NCBI RefSeq assembly: GCF_009914755.1
Contig: NC_060938.1
DNA from: the human T2T-CHM13v2.0 reference genome, Homo sapiens
Length of the DNA: 64,000 bases
Reading direction: 5' to 3' (one strand)
Positions 29,801 through 45,420 of this stretch are shown here, in pieces. The position numbers were made by a program, and so were the translations under genes. The number at the start of each line of letters is the position of its first letter. Position 1 is the first letter of the stretch. The notes beneath the pieces were generated by a model. That model searched no databases. It saw only the letters and a program-made list of their open reading frames with translations, and was not told the DNA's origin.

Positions 29801-30805
29801 AAAAATCATCAGAATGAATGGCAACTCACAAATATGCTTCACGACTTCCTCTGTCTTCCTAAAATGATCCCCCCATCAGATTTATTGCTTCCTGTTGCTA
29901 CTTTTTTTGTTTTATGTGGAGTGAAAATGAAGATTTTAAAAACATTTTATTATTGAACATTTCCTACTCATATACATAGAGAAACTAATACAACTAGTAT
30001 GAGAATCCTCCATGTTATTTTGTCCTGTAGAATTTTCCACAGTCTGGAACTCTTGTTACAGCATGATTTTCTGTTTACTCTAGTTCCTGTAAATTTGTTA
30101 AAGTGAAAATAATTGATGTCTTATACTATCTGGTCACTAGAGGTAGAAAAACTATGTGATAAACAGTGTGTATTGGCAAAATTTATTAGGTCCATGTATA
30201 TAGAGATATTTCAAGAAGCATATACATTTAGCAGTGAAGCAAATGTCAGGTTTTCCAGATTCCTATTATTGAGAACAGTTTAAGTTTAGTTCAGTTAAAG
30301 TTCTTACAGAAAATAGATAACATTTAAAAATATTAAGTGATGTTTGGATTTGCTGAGATCTTTGACCTGAGTGTGTTTGTTGAATCAGGTTTTAGCTTCT
30401 TTAAAAGGAAAAAAAATTCTTAAAGGAGAAAGACATTTGAGTTTTGAGTTTTGGAAAATGACCAGATTTAAAAATTGAGGTCATGAAATAATTGCTTTTT
30501 TACAGTGAGCCTTTGCTAGTTATTTCATATCTGTATGTTCTCCAAAGACAGGTCTTTTGTCCTTAAAGACATGATGTACTATATTTAAAATCTTTACCTT
30601 GGAATATTCTGTTTTTAAAAACGCAACACTTTATATTGTGTTAAGAGAATAATTTTATATGGTTGTCACTGAAAGAAAATAGAAGCAGTTATCTAACTTA
30701 AACTTCATTTTGTAGGAAAAGATACCCTTGGGATGAGATAAATAAGAATACAGTAGGTTAGAAGAGAGGATGGCCAACTTTTTCTGTAAAGGTTCGGGTG
30801 GTAAG

Positions 30806-31063
30806 TTTTTTTGTTTTTGTTTTTGTTTCTGTTTTTTTGAGACAGGGTCCAGGGTAGACCTCCCCGAGCTCAGGTGATCCTCCCACCTCAGCCTCCTGAG
30901 TAGCTGGGACTACTATGCCTGTCTAAATTTTGAAAAATTTTCATAAAGACAGGGGTCTCACTATGTTGCCCAGGCTGGTCTCGAACTCCTGGGCTCAAGC
31001 AATTCTCCCACCGTGGCCTCCCAAAGTTGCTGGGATTACCAGCATGAGCTACTGCACCTGGCC
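30806..31063 (-). mobile_element. AluJ with internal deletions
   Basis: gggtctcactatgttgcccaggctggtctcgaactcctgggctcaagc. Confidence 0.88.
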
Positions 31064-31137
31064 CTCAAAGTGTTCTAAACTATGTGCAAATGGAGAACCT
31101 GAAGAGATTTTTCCTTAACCTCTCTTGATACATGTAA

Positions 31138-31483
<346 letters not shown>

Positions 31484-32290
31484 AGATATTTCATCTATAA
31501 AATAAGATATACTTATCCCACTCTTATTCCAGTGTTTAAAATTAATTGGAAAAAAGATTAGAGTTTCTAGAATGCCGGGTGTAAACAGTAGATACTCTTT
31601 AGGATCAAACTATTTTGAGGAGGAAAGTAGTAAGAAATATTGGAAATCAAGTCTACTTTTCTGAAGTTTTGACAAATCAGTTTGTATTATCTTCAGCTAC
31701 ATTTAGCAAAAAATACTCTAGTAGATTTAGGAACTAAAGTAGGGTCTTGACTGGGTTTGTTTTGTTGAATTAGTAAAACTTATTTATCATAGCTTGCATT
31801 TGTTTTAAAACATATTTTGATTAATTATTAATTTATTTTTAATCAGTGTTGTGGCCTGTATGCAGGAACTGATCTATTGGTAGATAGTTGGTGCTAAAGA
31901 ATAATTCTCAAAGAGTTTAAAAATAAGATTCTCAAAATTATAAACACATGCCAACAATTTTAATTCATTAATTAATGAGGGAACCAGTAAGATGTTAAGG
32001 GTCGTTCACAGGAGAATTTGAAGAACAGGTATCTATATGTCTGCCTGTGTATCTGTCATCTATCCACAATCAGAAATGCTGAAATAAATTTGCTAGTGTA
32101 TACAGCACTTGTTAATATTTTCAAGGGCCGTAAAATGCAATGTTTGCTTATCTTTTCTATAGGCATGTAAGGCAATTATATCACTACCAGACAAAATTCA
32201 TTTGTTTTGCTATGGACAAGAGGCATTACATTACTGTGTGTTTTTGGCAAGTGAGTTTCTGCCTCTACAGAGCTGTGAGATAGTCTAGTC

Positions 32291-32648
32291 CAACAGGTTC
32301 TCAAACTTTTCGATTTCAGGACCCTTTGACTCTATTAAAAATTGAAGATCCCAAAGAGATTTTACTGTGTAATATATTTATCATGTTAGAAATTAGAATT
32401 AAGAAGCTTTAAAACTATTAATTTCATTTAAAACATATCAATAATGAAACCTATTTCATGTTATGTGAATGATGACTTCATCGTGGGTATTAAAGCGCCT
32501 CAAAAATTCTACTCTATGCTTGTTGAGAGAGTAAGAGTGAAAATGACAACATCCTCGTGTTACAATGAAATTAGTTTTGAACTCACGAACACACTGAAAA
32601 GTCCTCTGGCTCTCCAGGACTCCTCAGATCATATTTTGAGAACCACTG
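32291..32648 (+). mobile_element. hAT-Charlie non-autonomous element (Charlie4a/MER113-like)
   Basis: Inverted termini ggttctcaaa...tttgagaaccactg; caggaccctttgactctattaaaaattgaagatcccaaagag. Confidence 0.7.
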
Positions 32649-33091
32649 GCCTAATTACAAACAAAAAAGTCAAAGATCATCCCTGGAGGGCCTCTTAGAC
32701 CACAAATCACACTCCATTGAGAGGATACCCAGTAATCTCTTTTGCCCACTTCTAAATCTTGGGTTTTTTCCTGACAGCAGTCCCTTCTCTGAGAAATTTT
32801 GCCGTGCCTAGCATGGGGAATTTTCAAGGCCATTCTGAAACTATTAAGTCAGAAACTTATTTTTTGGTTATAATATTAATTTAGGTTCACTGTGGGGAAA
32901 AAAACACAGAAAAGTACATAGAAATAGATAAAAATCTTAATGAAGTTTTAAAAATGCTTTTGATTATACATTACCTGCGCTCTTTTGCATTCTGCCCCCA
33001 ATTAAATGTTGTCATAAGCATTTTTCATGTAATTAAAACTCTTAATAAAACTCATAGATGACTGCATTTATTTTCATTTTATACATGGTAC

Positions 33092-34210
33092 TGAGAAATA
33101 AAAATAAAATCCTAAGCCTCCCAGTTGACCGAATAGACACCCTGTTGTCCAAGGGGACTCCCAGAGAAACCTTAAAAATTGAATTCCTGGCCATGATGGA
33201 ATGGGAGATTTGACACATCTTAGTATGCCCCTTCCTTATGAGCCTTTAACCAGCATTCCTTCCTAAGGAGTAAGCAGAAGCCAACTCCAGAAAACAAGAA
33301 ACGAATGAGTCATAACTTCATCGCTTTCAGCCAATCATCTGAGGCCATGGCCGGACTCCCCATCTTTGCAGTTTCGATGTGGCAGCTCACCAGTTTCACA
33401 TGCATCCCTTCCTAAAAACTGACCACCATCTCTAGGCAGGTTTTGTCCAACTCTCTCAGGAGGTCCAGTGAGGGTTTTCATGTCCTCTGCTTTGCCTTTT
33501 GACATCAGAGGGCTGAAAACTCAACCCTCAGATCATGCTAATGCCACTGTTTTTTGAACATATGACCCATGAATAGGCATCAATATCATTTGGATGTTTG
33601 TCCCCTCCAAATCTCATGTCGAAATGTAATCCCCAATGTTAGATGTGGGGTCTGGTGGGAGGTGTTTGGGTCATGAGGGTAGATCCCTCATGAATGGCTC
33701 AGCACCATCCCCTTGGTGACGAGTGGGTTCTCGCTCAGTTCAGGCAGGATATGGTTGTTTAAAAGAGTTTAGGACCTTCCCCTATCTTTCTCTTGCTCCT
33801 TCTCTGGCCATGTGATGTACTGGCTTCCCTCTTCACCTTCTGCTGTGATTGTAAGCTTCCTGGGCCTCACCAGAAGTCCAGCCCTGTTGCTGCCATCCAT
33901 GTACAGCCTGCAGAACCATGAGCAAATTAAACCTCTCTTCTTTATAAATTATCCAGCCTCAGATATTTCTTTATAACACAAAAAGTCCCAATACAGGCAT
34001 GAAGCTTAGTTGCGCATGTGCATGTTTCTCCTTTCATAAATATTCAGGACTCCTCCTATAATCTGTTAAATACTTATATTTGACCATCCCTCTTGGCATA
34101 CATTTCTGTTCTCTTTACTCCTCCCTCCAAGTGCTTGCTGGATGGCACCTTTTATGAGAAATAAAGCTCTCCTTTCCAAATTTATGAACCTTATGATTCT
34201 TCAGTTCACA
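33092..34210 (+). mobile_element. ERV1 (MER4-group, LTR48-like) solo LTR interrupted by an MST LTR
   Basis: TG...CA termini (tgagaaataaaaataaaatcctaagc...cttcagttcaca); 4-bp TSD gtac at 33088-33091 and 34211-34214; AATAAA at 34160. Confidence 0.8.
33581..33995 (+). mobile_element. MSTB-like MaLR solo LTR nested in the ERV1 LTR
   Basis: tttggatgtttgtcccctccaaatctcatgt...cagcctgcagaaccatgagc..aataca; 5-bp TSD ggcat at 33576-33580 and 33996-34000. Confidence 0.88.
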
Positions 34211-34342
34211 GTACAAGATAACCATTTTTGTTTTTCCATTAAAATTATGAACATCTTTTCCATGTTTTAGATTATTTTCTTAGGATAAATTCATAGAAAT
34301 AAATGAAACAAAAGGTGCGTAATTTTCGTTTTTCTAAAAGGA

Positions 34343-34708
34343 AAGATGGTCCCCGACTTACGATGGTTCCACTTGCAGTTTTTTGATATTACCACTGTGG
34401 GAAACCAATATGCATTCAGTAGAAATTGTACTTTGAATACCCATACAACCATTCTATTTTTCATTTTCAATATAGTATCTAATAAATTCCATGAGATATT
34501 CCACACTTTATTATACAATAGGCTTTGTGTTAGGTAATTTTGCCCAATTGTAGGGTAATGTAAGTGTTTTTGAGCATGTTTAAGGTAGGCTAGGCTAAGC
34601 TATAGTGTTCAGCAGGTTGGTGTATTAAATGTATTTTCAACTTACAGTGTTATCAACATACAATGGCTTTATCAAGATGTAACCCTGTTGTAAGTCAAGG
34701 AACATCTA
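34343..34708 (-). mobile_element. MER47A TcMar-Tigger MITE
   Basis: agatggtccccgacttacgatgg...taaggtaggctaggctaagcta...gtaagtcaaggaacatct. Confidence 0.88.
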
Positions 34709-34743
34709 TATGACCAAATCATCCTCAAGGAAGATTTTGCAGG

Positions 34744-35245
<502 letters not shown>

Positions 35246-38200
35246 TTATTAAATATAACTTTCCTCCCTAGGTCATTTATATTTTTCCTTTCTTAAATGG
35301 CCTGTTTGCGAATTTATCTGTTTAAATCTCAATGTTTTTGAAATGACCAGAAATGGGAGTAATTAGCAATGCAAATAAGCCAGCACTTTTCATAAATATA
35401 ATAAGCAGTCATTAAACCCTTTGGAAGGAAACTTACGATATCTCCAGGTACATTTTAAATGATCTAAAATATTTCTCTGTGATTAAGGGTCTCTTGCTTC
35501 AGTTTCGCATAACTAATTATCTTAACATACCCTCTCCTCATTATCTGGAGGGAAACCTCAGGCTAGCTTCTGTCATTTTCTTGCCAGTTTGCATTTCCTG
35601 GAGTTTGCCTTAGTGTTTTCTTAATCTTAGTAGTTTTCTGCTGATGGTGTGACTGCTACAAAGAAGGCTTTTCTGAAGGCATAAAAACCAGGGAAATGAT
35701 ACATAGTTTTTCCACTGGACTAAACTTGTTTGGAAAATAAGGAGGTAGAACAATGAAATAATCCAAATATTATGAGGAGAGAGGGAGAAGTTTATATTAT
35801 AATGATTTATGTGATAAAAGAAATGTTATGCCCAGTATATTTTGTTTATACATGGTGTTGTAAAACAGATCCAAATGCTTGTCTAAAATATTTGCAGCAT
35901 TGCCTGTACAGCACCTAAATTTTACAAAATGCTGTACTTACGGTCCAATTGCCTTTTTGTCAATATATCATAAACCAATATTGTAGGAGAAATGGTTTTT
36001 CTTTTAAATGCTTTAGGTTTGGTAAAGCACTTTAGGTTTGCTTTAGGTAATTTAAACAGAGAAATAAATCTTCTTCCAAGCACAGAGAGCTTCATGTTTA
36101 AAATTTTAGATGATTGTAATAATCCCAGTAACAGAATATAATGAAGTGTTTCCCAGCACACTTTAGAGAAGACATACTGAGTATTATGGTTCTGTTCAGA
36201 TTTTATTTTCTGGGACTCTATTTTAAAGTGCTCCATCTGTATTTAAGAAAACACATGCATGCACATACATCCTGTGGCACTCTCTTCTAGGGCAGGTGTT
36301 GGTGGGTAGGTCCCTGTGCATTTGTTTGGGGGACACGTTTGACCCAGTGGTGTAATAGTTGTTACAAGAGGATTCTCTGGAGGAAGGCTGCTGCTGCAGA
36401 GGAGGAAGTCACATTTGTCTTCTCCCAAAACATCAACTCATTGTCTTCCTAGCTTGCAAAAATGAATATTTCTCCCCAGTTGATTTGTTAATTTCTTGCA
36501 TCATTCAAATGCCAGATGATTGGACTCTACACAATTGACCGAAGGAACAGAATTTCCAAGAGTGTCAGTTGCCTTTCTGAGTAAAATAATCAGACACTTC
36601 ACTCACATTCTATGAATAAATAACACCTCCAGTGTAAAATGGATTATGAGATGTTTTATCTTAATTTTCTATATTTCTTGAATTTGCACTGAAAAAAATC
36701 TTGTGAACAATCTTTAATATAACACAGAATAATGATTTTAAACAGCCTCTCCCCTGCTATGACTAGTAAAGTTGTGGACTAAAAATATTCAAACATATTT
36801 TTCTCATTAATGATGAGTTCCATATTATTTTATGAACTTCTGAAAGATAAATTTTAAGAAATATAAAACACTCCTTTTATTTTCTGATTTAGCCATTCCT
36901 CCTTAATTCTTATTTTAAGTGAAATATGTGATTGCTAGATTCACATTTTGTAACTTTCTTTATGTAGGTTTCATTTTTTAATGGGGCTGATTCTAAATGG
37001 ATAAAACTTTGATACATAGTTTCTAAGATAAAACATCATTAATTTTTACCATGACTGGTAGCTGCTATTGGCTTGCATTTACTGAGGTTCTCATGTTTCT
37101 ACTATTTAGGCTTAAAAATATATGACAAAGTATGTGATCATAATAATGCCATAATTCATTTAGTATAGTCATCTGGTCGGGAGTTATAAACTTTTTTGAA
37201 GTCAGACTTGTTTGTTTGTTTTTTTAAATAGTATTAAATGAGAATTTCTTATACTATCAGTTGTCACAAGGTGAACAAATATAAGTAATTAAGTCAAAGT
37301 TTTGAAGCACATATTATGGCTTATGCTGTTGAAAACTCTCCAGTGTTTTAGCATAATGTCCGAGTCAAGTTAGAACACAGGTCTCTGCTAATTGTCATAT
37401 CTTAGATGATTGCCTGATAAAGATGATTGTCTGGCGTAGCTTGGAGTACCAATACAGGAGACATGTTCTTCCCCCACTTCCTATTCCTTCCACTGCCATG
37501 CTAGACAATGCTTATCAAAGGTGACATTCTTTCCTACCCAGCTTGGACATGCCTCATAATCCTGCCCAAGCAGCATTCTAATAGCCACAGCTAGTAAACA
37601 AGGGATCTAACTAGTTTGTCAGTGTAGGTAGTAGAATCTTTAAATTTTTTTTTAAAGGCCATTGTTAGTATTTTTAAGAGATCAATTTACATCATTTATT
37701 TCAGATGGAATATTGTTTATTTCTCTGTCGCAGTGGCTCCCAATCTTTTAGAATGTTCCTTTTTAATAAAAAAGAATCAGATTCTCACATGACCTTGAAT
37801 TTCTTTAACACTTTAAATGAATTTTACTTTTATCAATCGCAGCATATAAATTCATTGGAAAAATAGGCATGTGTATATGTATCAGACATTCACATGCTTA
37901 TGAATGAAGGACCCCTTGTAATACTTCTGCCCCTGCCCCCCATTCCACACACCACCCCCTCCCCAGGAGTAGGGATTAGAAATCGTTAGTCTTTCCATTT
38001 TGTCTTCTGTGGTTTCAGTTAAAGTTCTAAAGACGTATTTTACTAAAAGTGGAATTGACTTTTTGTATTCAGGGGAACTTGTCAGTGGTTTTCATATTAT
38101 GTGCCGTGGAGTCCCAGGATTCCAGAAGATGCCTCAAGGGAGACCCCTCCCTTCCCCCGTATCCCTTCCAGCTTTAAGCAGCCTGTCTGCTTTAAGCTCT

Positions 38201-39419
38201 TATATATATTGAGATTCTCCATGAGATTTCATTTGTATAAATGATTTCACAGCTTACCAAAAAAAAAAAAAAAAAAAAAAGGAAAGAGAAAACCACTGAT
38301 AATCCCACCTTGTTTCACACATGATTAAATGCAATGCCCAGAGTATTTTGGGGTTATCCTGTTAGTTAATGTTGAAGCCAGGTTGAGGACTCTGATTGTC
38401 TGACTTGCAGGCCACTATCCCTCTACCCACTGCTATTCCTAAAACTAAAGGAGGATGTAAACTGACACCACCACCAGCTGTGAGTGCAGCACATACTTAT
38501 ATGGAAAGAAAAATTGTTTACATTGTAATACCAGGGGACTCAAATCTGTTTCAGCCCTTAAATAAAGGGTTGCAGGGTATACGTATATGTAAATGCTTGT
38601 CTTGCCTATGTGTGGCCTTCTCTCACTATTTACGGTGGGTGGAGGGAAGGTGAAGCTTACTTTTATAAATTTTATTTTAAAACACAGAAGAGCTGATGCT
38701 GCAGTCGGAAGACAGTTTATTTTTCTCCCAGAGCTGGACCCCTTCCCTGTTGTGTTTGTGACATACTTTGCCTTGTCCTGATTTTAAGCATTGGGCAAGC
38801 AGAATCTGCCATCTTTCCTGGATTTCACCATCTATCAAAGGGCAACCTCAGAGCTTGTTTCTCAGCAGTGGTCACCTATTTCCATTATTAAATCAACTTG
38901 CTACCAAGATATCAGGCAGATATCACACTTAACGTACCTGGTTTGATTTGGCCTGCCTTTTTTCATCTGAGGCGTTAGCACAAAGCTAAATTTCCCTTTG
39001 AAGTTCACTGTGATTCCGAGGATCTTTGCTTCAGTTTACTTTGGAAGATTGGGGCTGTAGCTGATTCAAGATAACTGGAGCAGGTGTCTGGTGACAGTTT
39101 GCAAAGGGTGCTGTGTAGACCTAAGTTCTGTGCCTGGCATGAGAAACCTCTTTGTCTTTCTTGTATACGTTGGTTTAAGTTCATGTGGATCACTATGAGG
39201 GATGTTAAATGTTTTGCATTTAGATTCTTCCAAGTTGGCAGGTGCAAGGCAGGCCTGGCTGCTACCACAGACCCCTGACGTGCTTCTTTCTTCCTTGCTC
39301 TCCTCAGGAAGGTCATCCTATTTGAAGAGATACTTTTCTGTTAACTGTGGAAAAGCCAGATGTCTCACTTTAGGCAATAGTTTCAACTTCGTTTCTTCCC
39401 ATGTAGTTTGACAGATCGA

Positions 39420-39905
39420 CCTCAACCCTGACCCAGACAACTACTAATCTGCTTTCTGTCTGTATGGATCAACCAGTTCTGGACATTTAATATAAATGAA
39501 GTCATGTAATATGTGGTCTTTTTTGATTGACGTCTCTCATCTAGTTTAATGTTTTCCAAAGGTTCATCCATGTCATGGCATGTATTGGTACTTCATTCTT
39601 TTTTATTGCAAAATAATATTCTGTTTTATAGATATACCACATTTTTTTTTATTCATGGACATTTGGGTTGTTTCTACTCTTCAGCTATCATGAATAATGC
39701 TGCCGTCAACATTTGTGTTTAAGTATTTGTGCGAACATGCGTTTTCACTTCTCTTGAGTAAATACCTAAGTATGGAGTTGCTGGGTCATATAGAGACTTG
39801 GTGTTTAACAATTTGAGGAAATGCCAAATGGTTTTCTAAAGTGACTGCACTATTTTATATTTCCACCAGCAATGAGTGAAAGTTCAGGTTTCTCCATATC
39901 TCATG
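39420..39905 (-). mobile_element. L1MB-type 3' region
   Basis: actaatctgctttctgtc..tctggacattt...ggttcatccatgt...ttgctgggtcata...ccaccagcaatg. Confidence 0.85.
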
Positions 39906-41347
39906 TGTTTTTTAAACACTGTATTCTGTTGTGTTTATAAAATGTTTCCTCTTGTCTTCATAGATGAGGGAGTCAGGGACCTGAATGATAATTTTGGAGG
40001 AAATGAAACAGATGAAAGTGAAATAAATTATTTTCATATTGGCTCAGTGTAGCTGTGGAAACCTTTCAGCCCTGAGCCTACAAACCTTCCTGTTTGACTG
40101 GATATGACATTACCAGGAGTTTTACTTTCCTGCCTTTATTGTCCCTGGAGAGAAAAAAGAAATATGTCTTTTCCACAGCTAGACATGGAAGGTTCAAACA
40201 AATATAAAGGACCCCTGAGTTATTAACAATTCCATGGGAACATGTGCTTGGTGTATGCCCAGAATAGTTCCTTTCAAATGATTCTCTTGGTGCTTCTGCA
40301 CTGTTCTTCACCAGAGTGTAACATAAGAGCTGAATCAAGGCTTGTTCAGTCAGTGTTTGGAAAAGAAGTGGTGGCTGGATGCTGGTCAGCTGGCTTGGGC
40401 TGTTGGCAAGCTTGCCACCGACCATGCTTTCTGCAGGCGGCAGCCGCTGCAGGCTTGTTAAAGGCCTGCACCAGGCCGAAGTGTTTGCATTTGCCCTGTC
40501 GGAGCTCAGGATAACAAGGCCTTTCATAATCCACCACAGTAGTAAGCAGGCAAGTCCGGTGGCTCTGGAAATGTCCCAGTACACCAGCCAAAGGCAAAAT
40601 CCCAGCTCCTTTGCCCTGTGTGACAGCCGCGGGGAGTAGGCTAGGGTGGGGGTTGAGGTAGATAAGGAAGGAAACACCAAGGAATGTCATTTTTGTTACA
40701 TAAATTGATAACTCCAAGTGCCTTCTCGCTACAATTGATTGCTTTGGGTCATATATTGACAGTAAGCAATTTGATTATTTGCCTGCTGAAATGACACTAT
40801 AGCATGAGAGGTCAGCCTCTTAGGACAGCCTTTCTCACGTTCCTCTCATTTTTATTCTTGCTGAGCGGGACCATATGAATGACAGGCTTGTTTGCGAGGG
40901 TAGATTTCCATTCCATTCATGCACCTTGCAGACCCAGTCACTCTTCTTGTGGGTGGAGTTTGCTACACACAGGTGGAGTCTAGAAGGTGAGGTCCCCAGG
41001 GCCTCCCAGCCCTGTTTGAGCTGATTTTCTCTTCCTTGAGTCTTGTCCAGCCATACCTCCTCTGACTTCCCAGGGTCCCTCCCTAAAATGCCTTACTCAC
41101 ATGAGGAGAGGACCCTGCATTCTGACCTCCTCTCCATTAATGCTGCCTGTCTCAGGCACAGTTTTTCAATGTACTGTGTTATTTCTGTATTTCTGTCAAG
41201 TCAATATCATGCTTTTATTAAAATGACTTTGAGTGTGTGTGTGTGATATTTTTGGACAGCTGCCTGTTTATTATACTCATGCACATTGTCTGTATTTCAT
41301 AGAGTAGGCAAAAAAAGGATTTTAATCAATTGCAAGAGTCAATTTCA

Positions 41348-41645
41348 GGCAGGACGCAGTGGCTCATGCCTGTAATACCAGCACTTTGGGAGGCCGAGGC
41401 AGGTGAATCACTGGAAGTCAGGAGTTCGAGACCAGCCTGGCCAACATGGTGAAAGCTCTTCTCTACTAAAAGTACAAAAACTAGTTGCTCGTGGTGGCAT
41501 GTGCCTGTAATCCCAGGTATTTGGGAGGCTGAGGCCGGAGAATAGCTTGAACTGGGAGGCAGAGGTTGCAGTGAGCTGATATTGCACCACTACACTCCAG
41601 CCTGAGGGAGAGAGCGAGACTCTGTCTCAAAAGAAAAAAAAAAAA
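41348..41645 (+). mobile_element. AluSx-like
   Basis: Full dimer; TSD agtcaatttca. Confidence 0.94.
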
Positions 41646-42462
41646 GTCAATTTCATATCACCATGAAGTATTGGAATTCTTTAAGATTAGAGTAACACTT
41701 GATGTGTTTCCTGTTGACTAACCGTTTGTGTGATTTCTGTAGTAATTAAGGTGTTTGGCTTAGTTACCTCAATTGGAACTATAAAGAATTGAATTTTAAG
41801 TATATACTATGTGTATGTATATATAGTTTTTTTTTTTTACTTGTTTGTAGCCCAGCGATGCTTGAAAGTTGAGAGACAATACCTCCCCAAACACCCCAAT
41901 ATAGGAGTTTCCAGCAGTTTTTAGTTTTTTAAAACAGATATTTGATCCACGTTTGTTTGTCTTGCATTGTGTTTGACCTGGTCTTGGGAGAAAAAGAAAC
42001 TGTCTGAAATGGGCTGGTTTTCATGGAGGCAGGGGTGAGGTAGGGTAACCTGGCTCTTCCTAGTCTGAATCTGGGCCTTTTTTGTTGCTGACCACAGTGG
42101 GCTTGGAGAGGCAGCCTGCTTGTCCTGCCAAACCTCAGGACTGCTCCCTGTGTGTGTGTCTGTGACTGATTTCTTAAGGGCAGTAAGGATTTAGAATTTA
42201 TCAAGCACCATCACCATAACACTTCATGTACCCACCTTCAACTTGAGTACTGTGTCTGCATTACAATTTTACTACTGAAAATCTTCCTTTTGTGTCTTTT
42301 GAGATTTTCACTGTAGATGGGCTTCTGATTATATCAGTGTGGTGTAACCAGAGTTGGTAAAAGTTTGACATTTGATTTTTTAAGATATAACATGTCTATG
42401 CTGCTGTTATGGTATTGATTAGCAATATGTAGCTATTTAAATTATAATTAATTAAAGTTAAG

Positions 42463-43035
<573 letters not shown>

Positions 43036-45420
43036 ATCTCCAAAAAAAGAAAAAAATTCAAGATTAATTTCCTCCGTCAAACTAGCCATCTCATATGTGC
43101 TCACTAGCCACGTGCAGGCTAGTGGCTACTGTAGTAGATGGTGCAGGGATAAAACATTGCCATCATCACAGAAACTTTTACTGGACAATGCTGACTGTAA
43201 ACTTTTTTCTGCCCCAGAGGGTCCAAGCAAGACATTAATCACAGCAAAACAGAAGCTTTGCTTAGATGAGTTCAGGTACTGGAAAATTGCTGTTGCCTGT
43301 TCCTAGCCTAGAGAGAGATAAATAGATGTGCCATTTTGCTCCAATTTTCTCTGAGTAGTGTTTCCTTGCTGTGATTTCATTTGTTTCTAAAGGGGTGTGA
43401 ATATTCAGTAATAAGACTTGCTCATATTCAAATGCAAGTTAAATAATCTGAAACAATATGTAAATAGTTATTATCTACCATTCCTTGACATTAGAACTGA
43501 TACTTCCATGTCCAAGAGTGAAATCAAGATAAATTAAAATTACACTAAGATTAGATTATCACTATTATTTTCTGATGGCACACACATGTATGAGTTTCAT
43601 CTTATGTAGGCTTTGTCCTTTGGGGGAGCTAGAGTTTATTTTGGCTTTAATGTCTGTCTGTTGGTTTCTGATTCTTTGGAGATATTTTTAAGTCTCGGCA
43701 TTTGTTAGCTATCTTTACCCTGAAATTTGAATTCACAAGTTATAAATTTATAAATACAAGAATGGAGCACAAATATTCCCTTCCCCCGGCCCTCCACACA
43801 TGACTGCCAAGCTATTAATGTTTTTATATGACTGATATGCAAGGGCTGGGACTGTATTACAAGCCATATGACGGACACATAACCTGTTAGTGCTCTAGGA
43901 AGTTTCAGGTAAAAGGACAGAGGAGTGGCAGTTATTGGAAAGACCCTTTCTAGTTTATGTGAGCATTGTTTCTTTCATTTCCATTAACTTGAATAATTCT
44001 CAATGCCTTGGGAATGTATACCTGTGTTCTTTCTAATGTTGGCATTTGGTGGTGATGGTGTCTACACTGAAATTTTATCTAAAGTCTTCCCCAAACTTAA
44101 GCCTGTTCTACAGCCAGTGTGTAATACTGAAGAGGAACTTACTACCTTCCACCACCACCCCATCACCAGCCTATCCTCAGAAACTTTGTAGGTAAAATTG
44201 TGTGGGGTTTTTTCTTTTTTTTAAATAGTCTTTTCTCGAGGGCTAGGAAAACTTACTCTATGATGATTAGCCAGGACTTGTGCATAAACCTCTGGGGGGA
44301 CATCGGCATGCTGTAGTCAGTATCCTGATTCTTGTTCCCTGGTTTCTTCTGGGTATAGCAAGAACACTTTTTATTCTTGGCATAGCACTTCAAGAGATGG
44401 CTTATACATTCTTTCCTTTATATTATTTATTCTGTTTCATATCTGCTTATAATTGGTGGTGCTTTTTTCTTAGTCCATGGTAAATTTGTATGTAGACTAT
44501 TATACGGTACTCTTTCCTCCAAGAGTAAAGTCTAGAAAACTGGAATTTCTGCTTTCTAGAATTGGATCTTAGGTATAGTCAAGACTTAGTGCCAGTGTCT
44601 TTCATATGTTCATAAACATCATATAAACATGCAATACTTGATTTGAACATGAGCTTGGCCAACCTGTGTTTTGAGTCCTTCAGCCTTTCCTTATTTCTTG
44701 TCTTCTTACTGTAGGATCCTGCTTGTCTAATATCCCTTTGGTGTCTGCTCCTTTGCCTTGAGGACTTTGGTGCCACTTCTGGACATGCCTTTATTCATTC
44801 TTAGCTGTGGTCCAACATCTTGCTCCAAAGGCTCACATTTACCTTGTCTGGGTGCCAGCTATAGATTATGTTTGAATTCAAGAGTGGTTCCTGCTATGGA
44901 TGTAGCTATTGGTTTCGAAAAATACAGATTTTTTTTTTCCAGGATGGCATCCATTGCCTGTCACTGAACTACAGTGAAAAGTGTTGTTTTGGTTTCAGTT
45001 CTTGATTTTAAGCATTTGACCAAATTTCAAGGTCTCTCATCCCAAGATTTTGTTTTGCCAGAAGCTTCTGGCAGGAAATAGAATGATAAAGGAAGAGATA
45101 CACAGAAGTCAGAGAATTGGCGGCTCTATTCTCAGGTGTAATGGAACTTAATTAAACTTTAAGCTCCTAAAAGGCAAGGGTGATATGTTTTACTTTGTTA
45201 CCTATACTTAACCTATAAGTGGCACATGGATTAACTCTAGAGCAAACATGCTCTATGTTTGCTGAGTGGATTGTTGTTTGGTCTTATTTTTGCCAACATT
45301 TAAGGGAGGTAGAAGTTAAATATTCTGTATTAGAAATAAGTTTTGCCTAGTTTTGAAGAATGAACTGGCTTATGACATGGTTTCCTCAATAGCCACAATT
45401 ATTGCCCCAACAATACTTAC

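Noticed and set aside
40078-40680. 200-aa minus-strand ORF
   Set aside because: No recognisable domain, non-ATG start and no supporting exon structure; treated as chance and kept only as part of a candidate regulatory patch.
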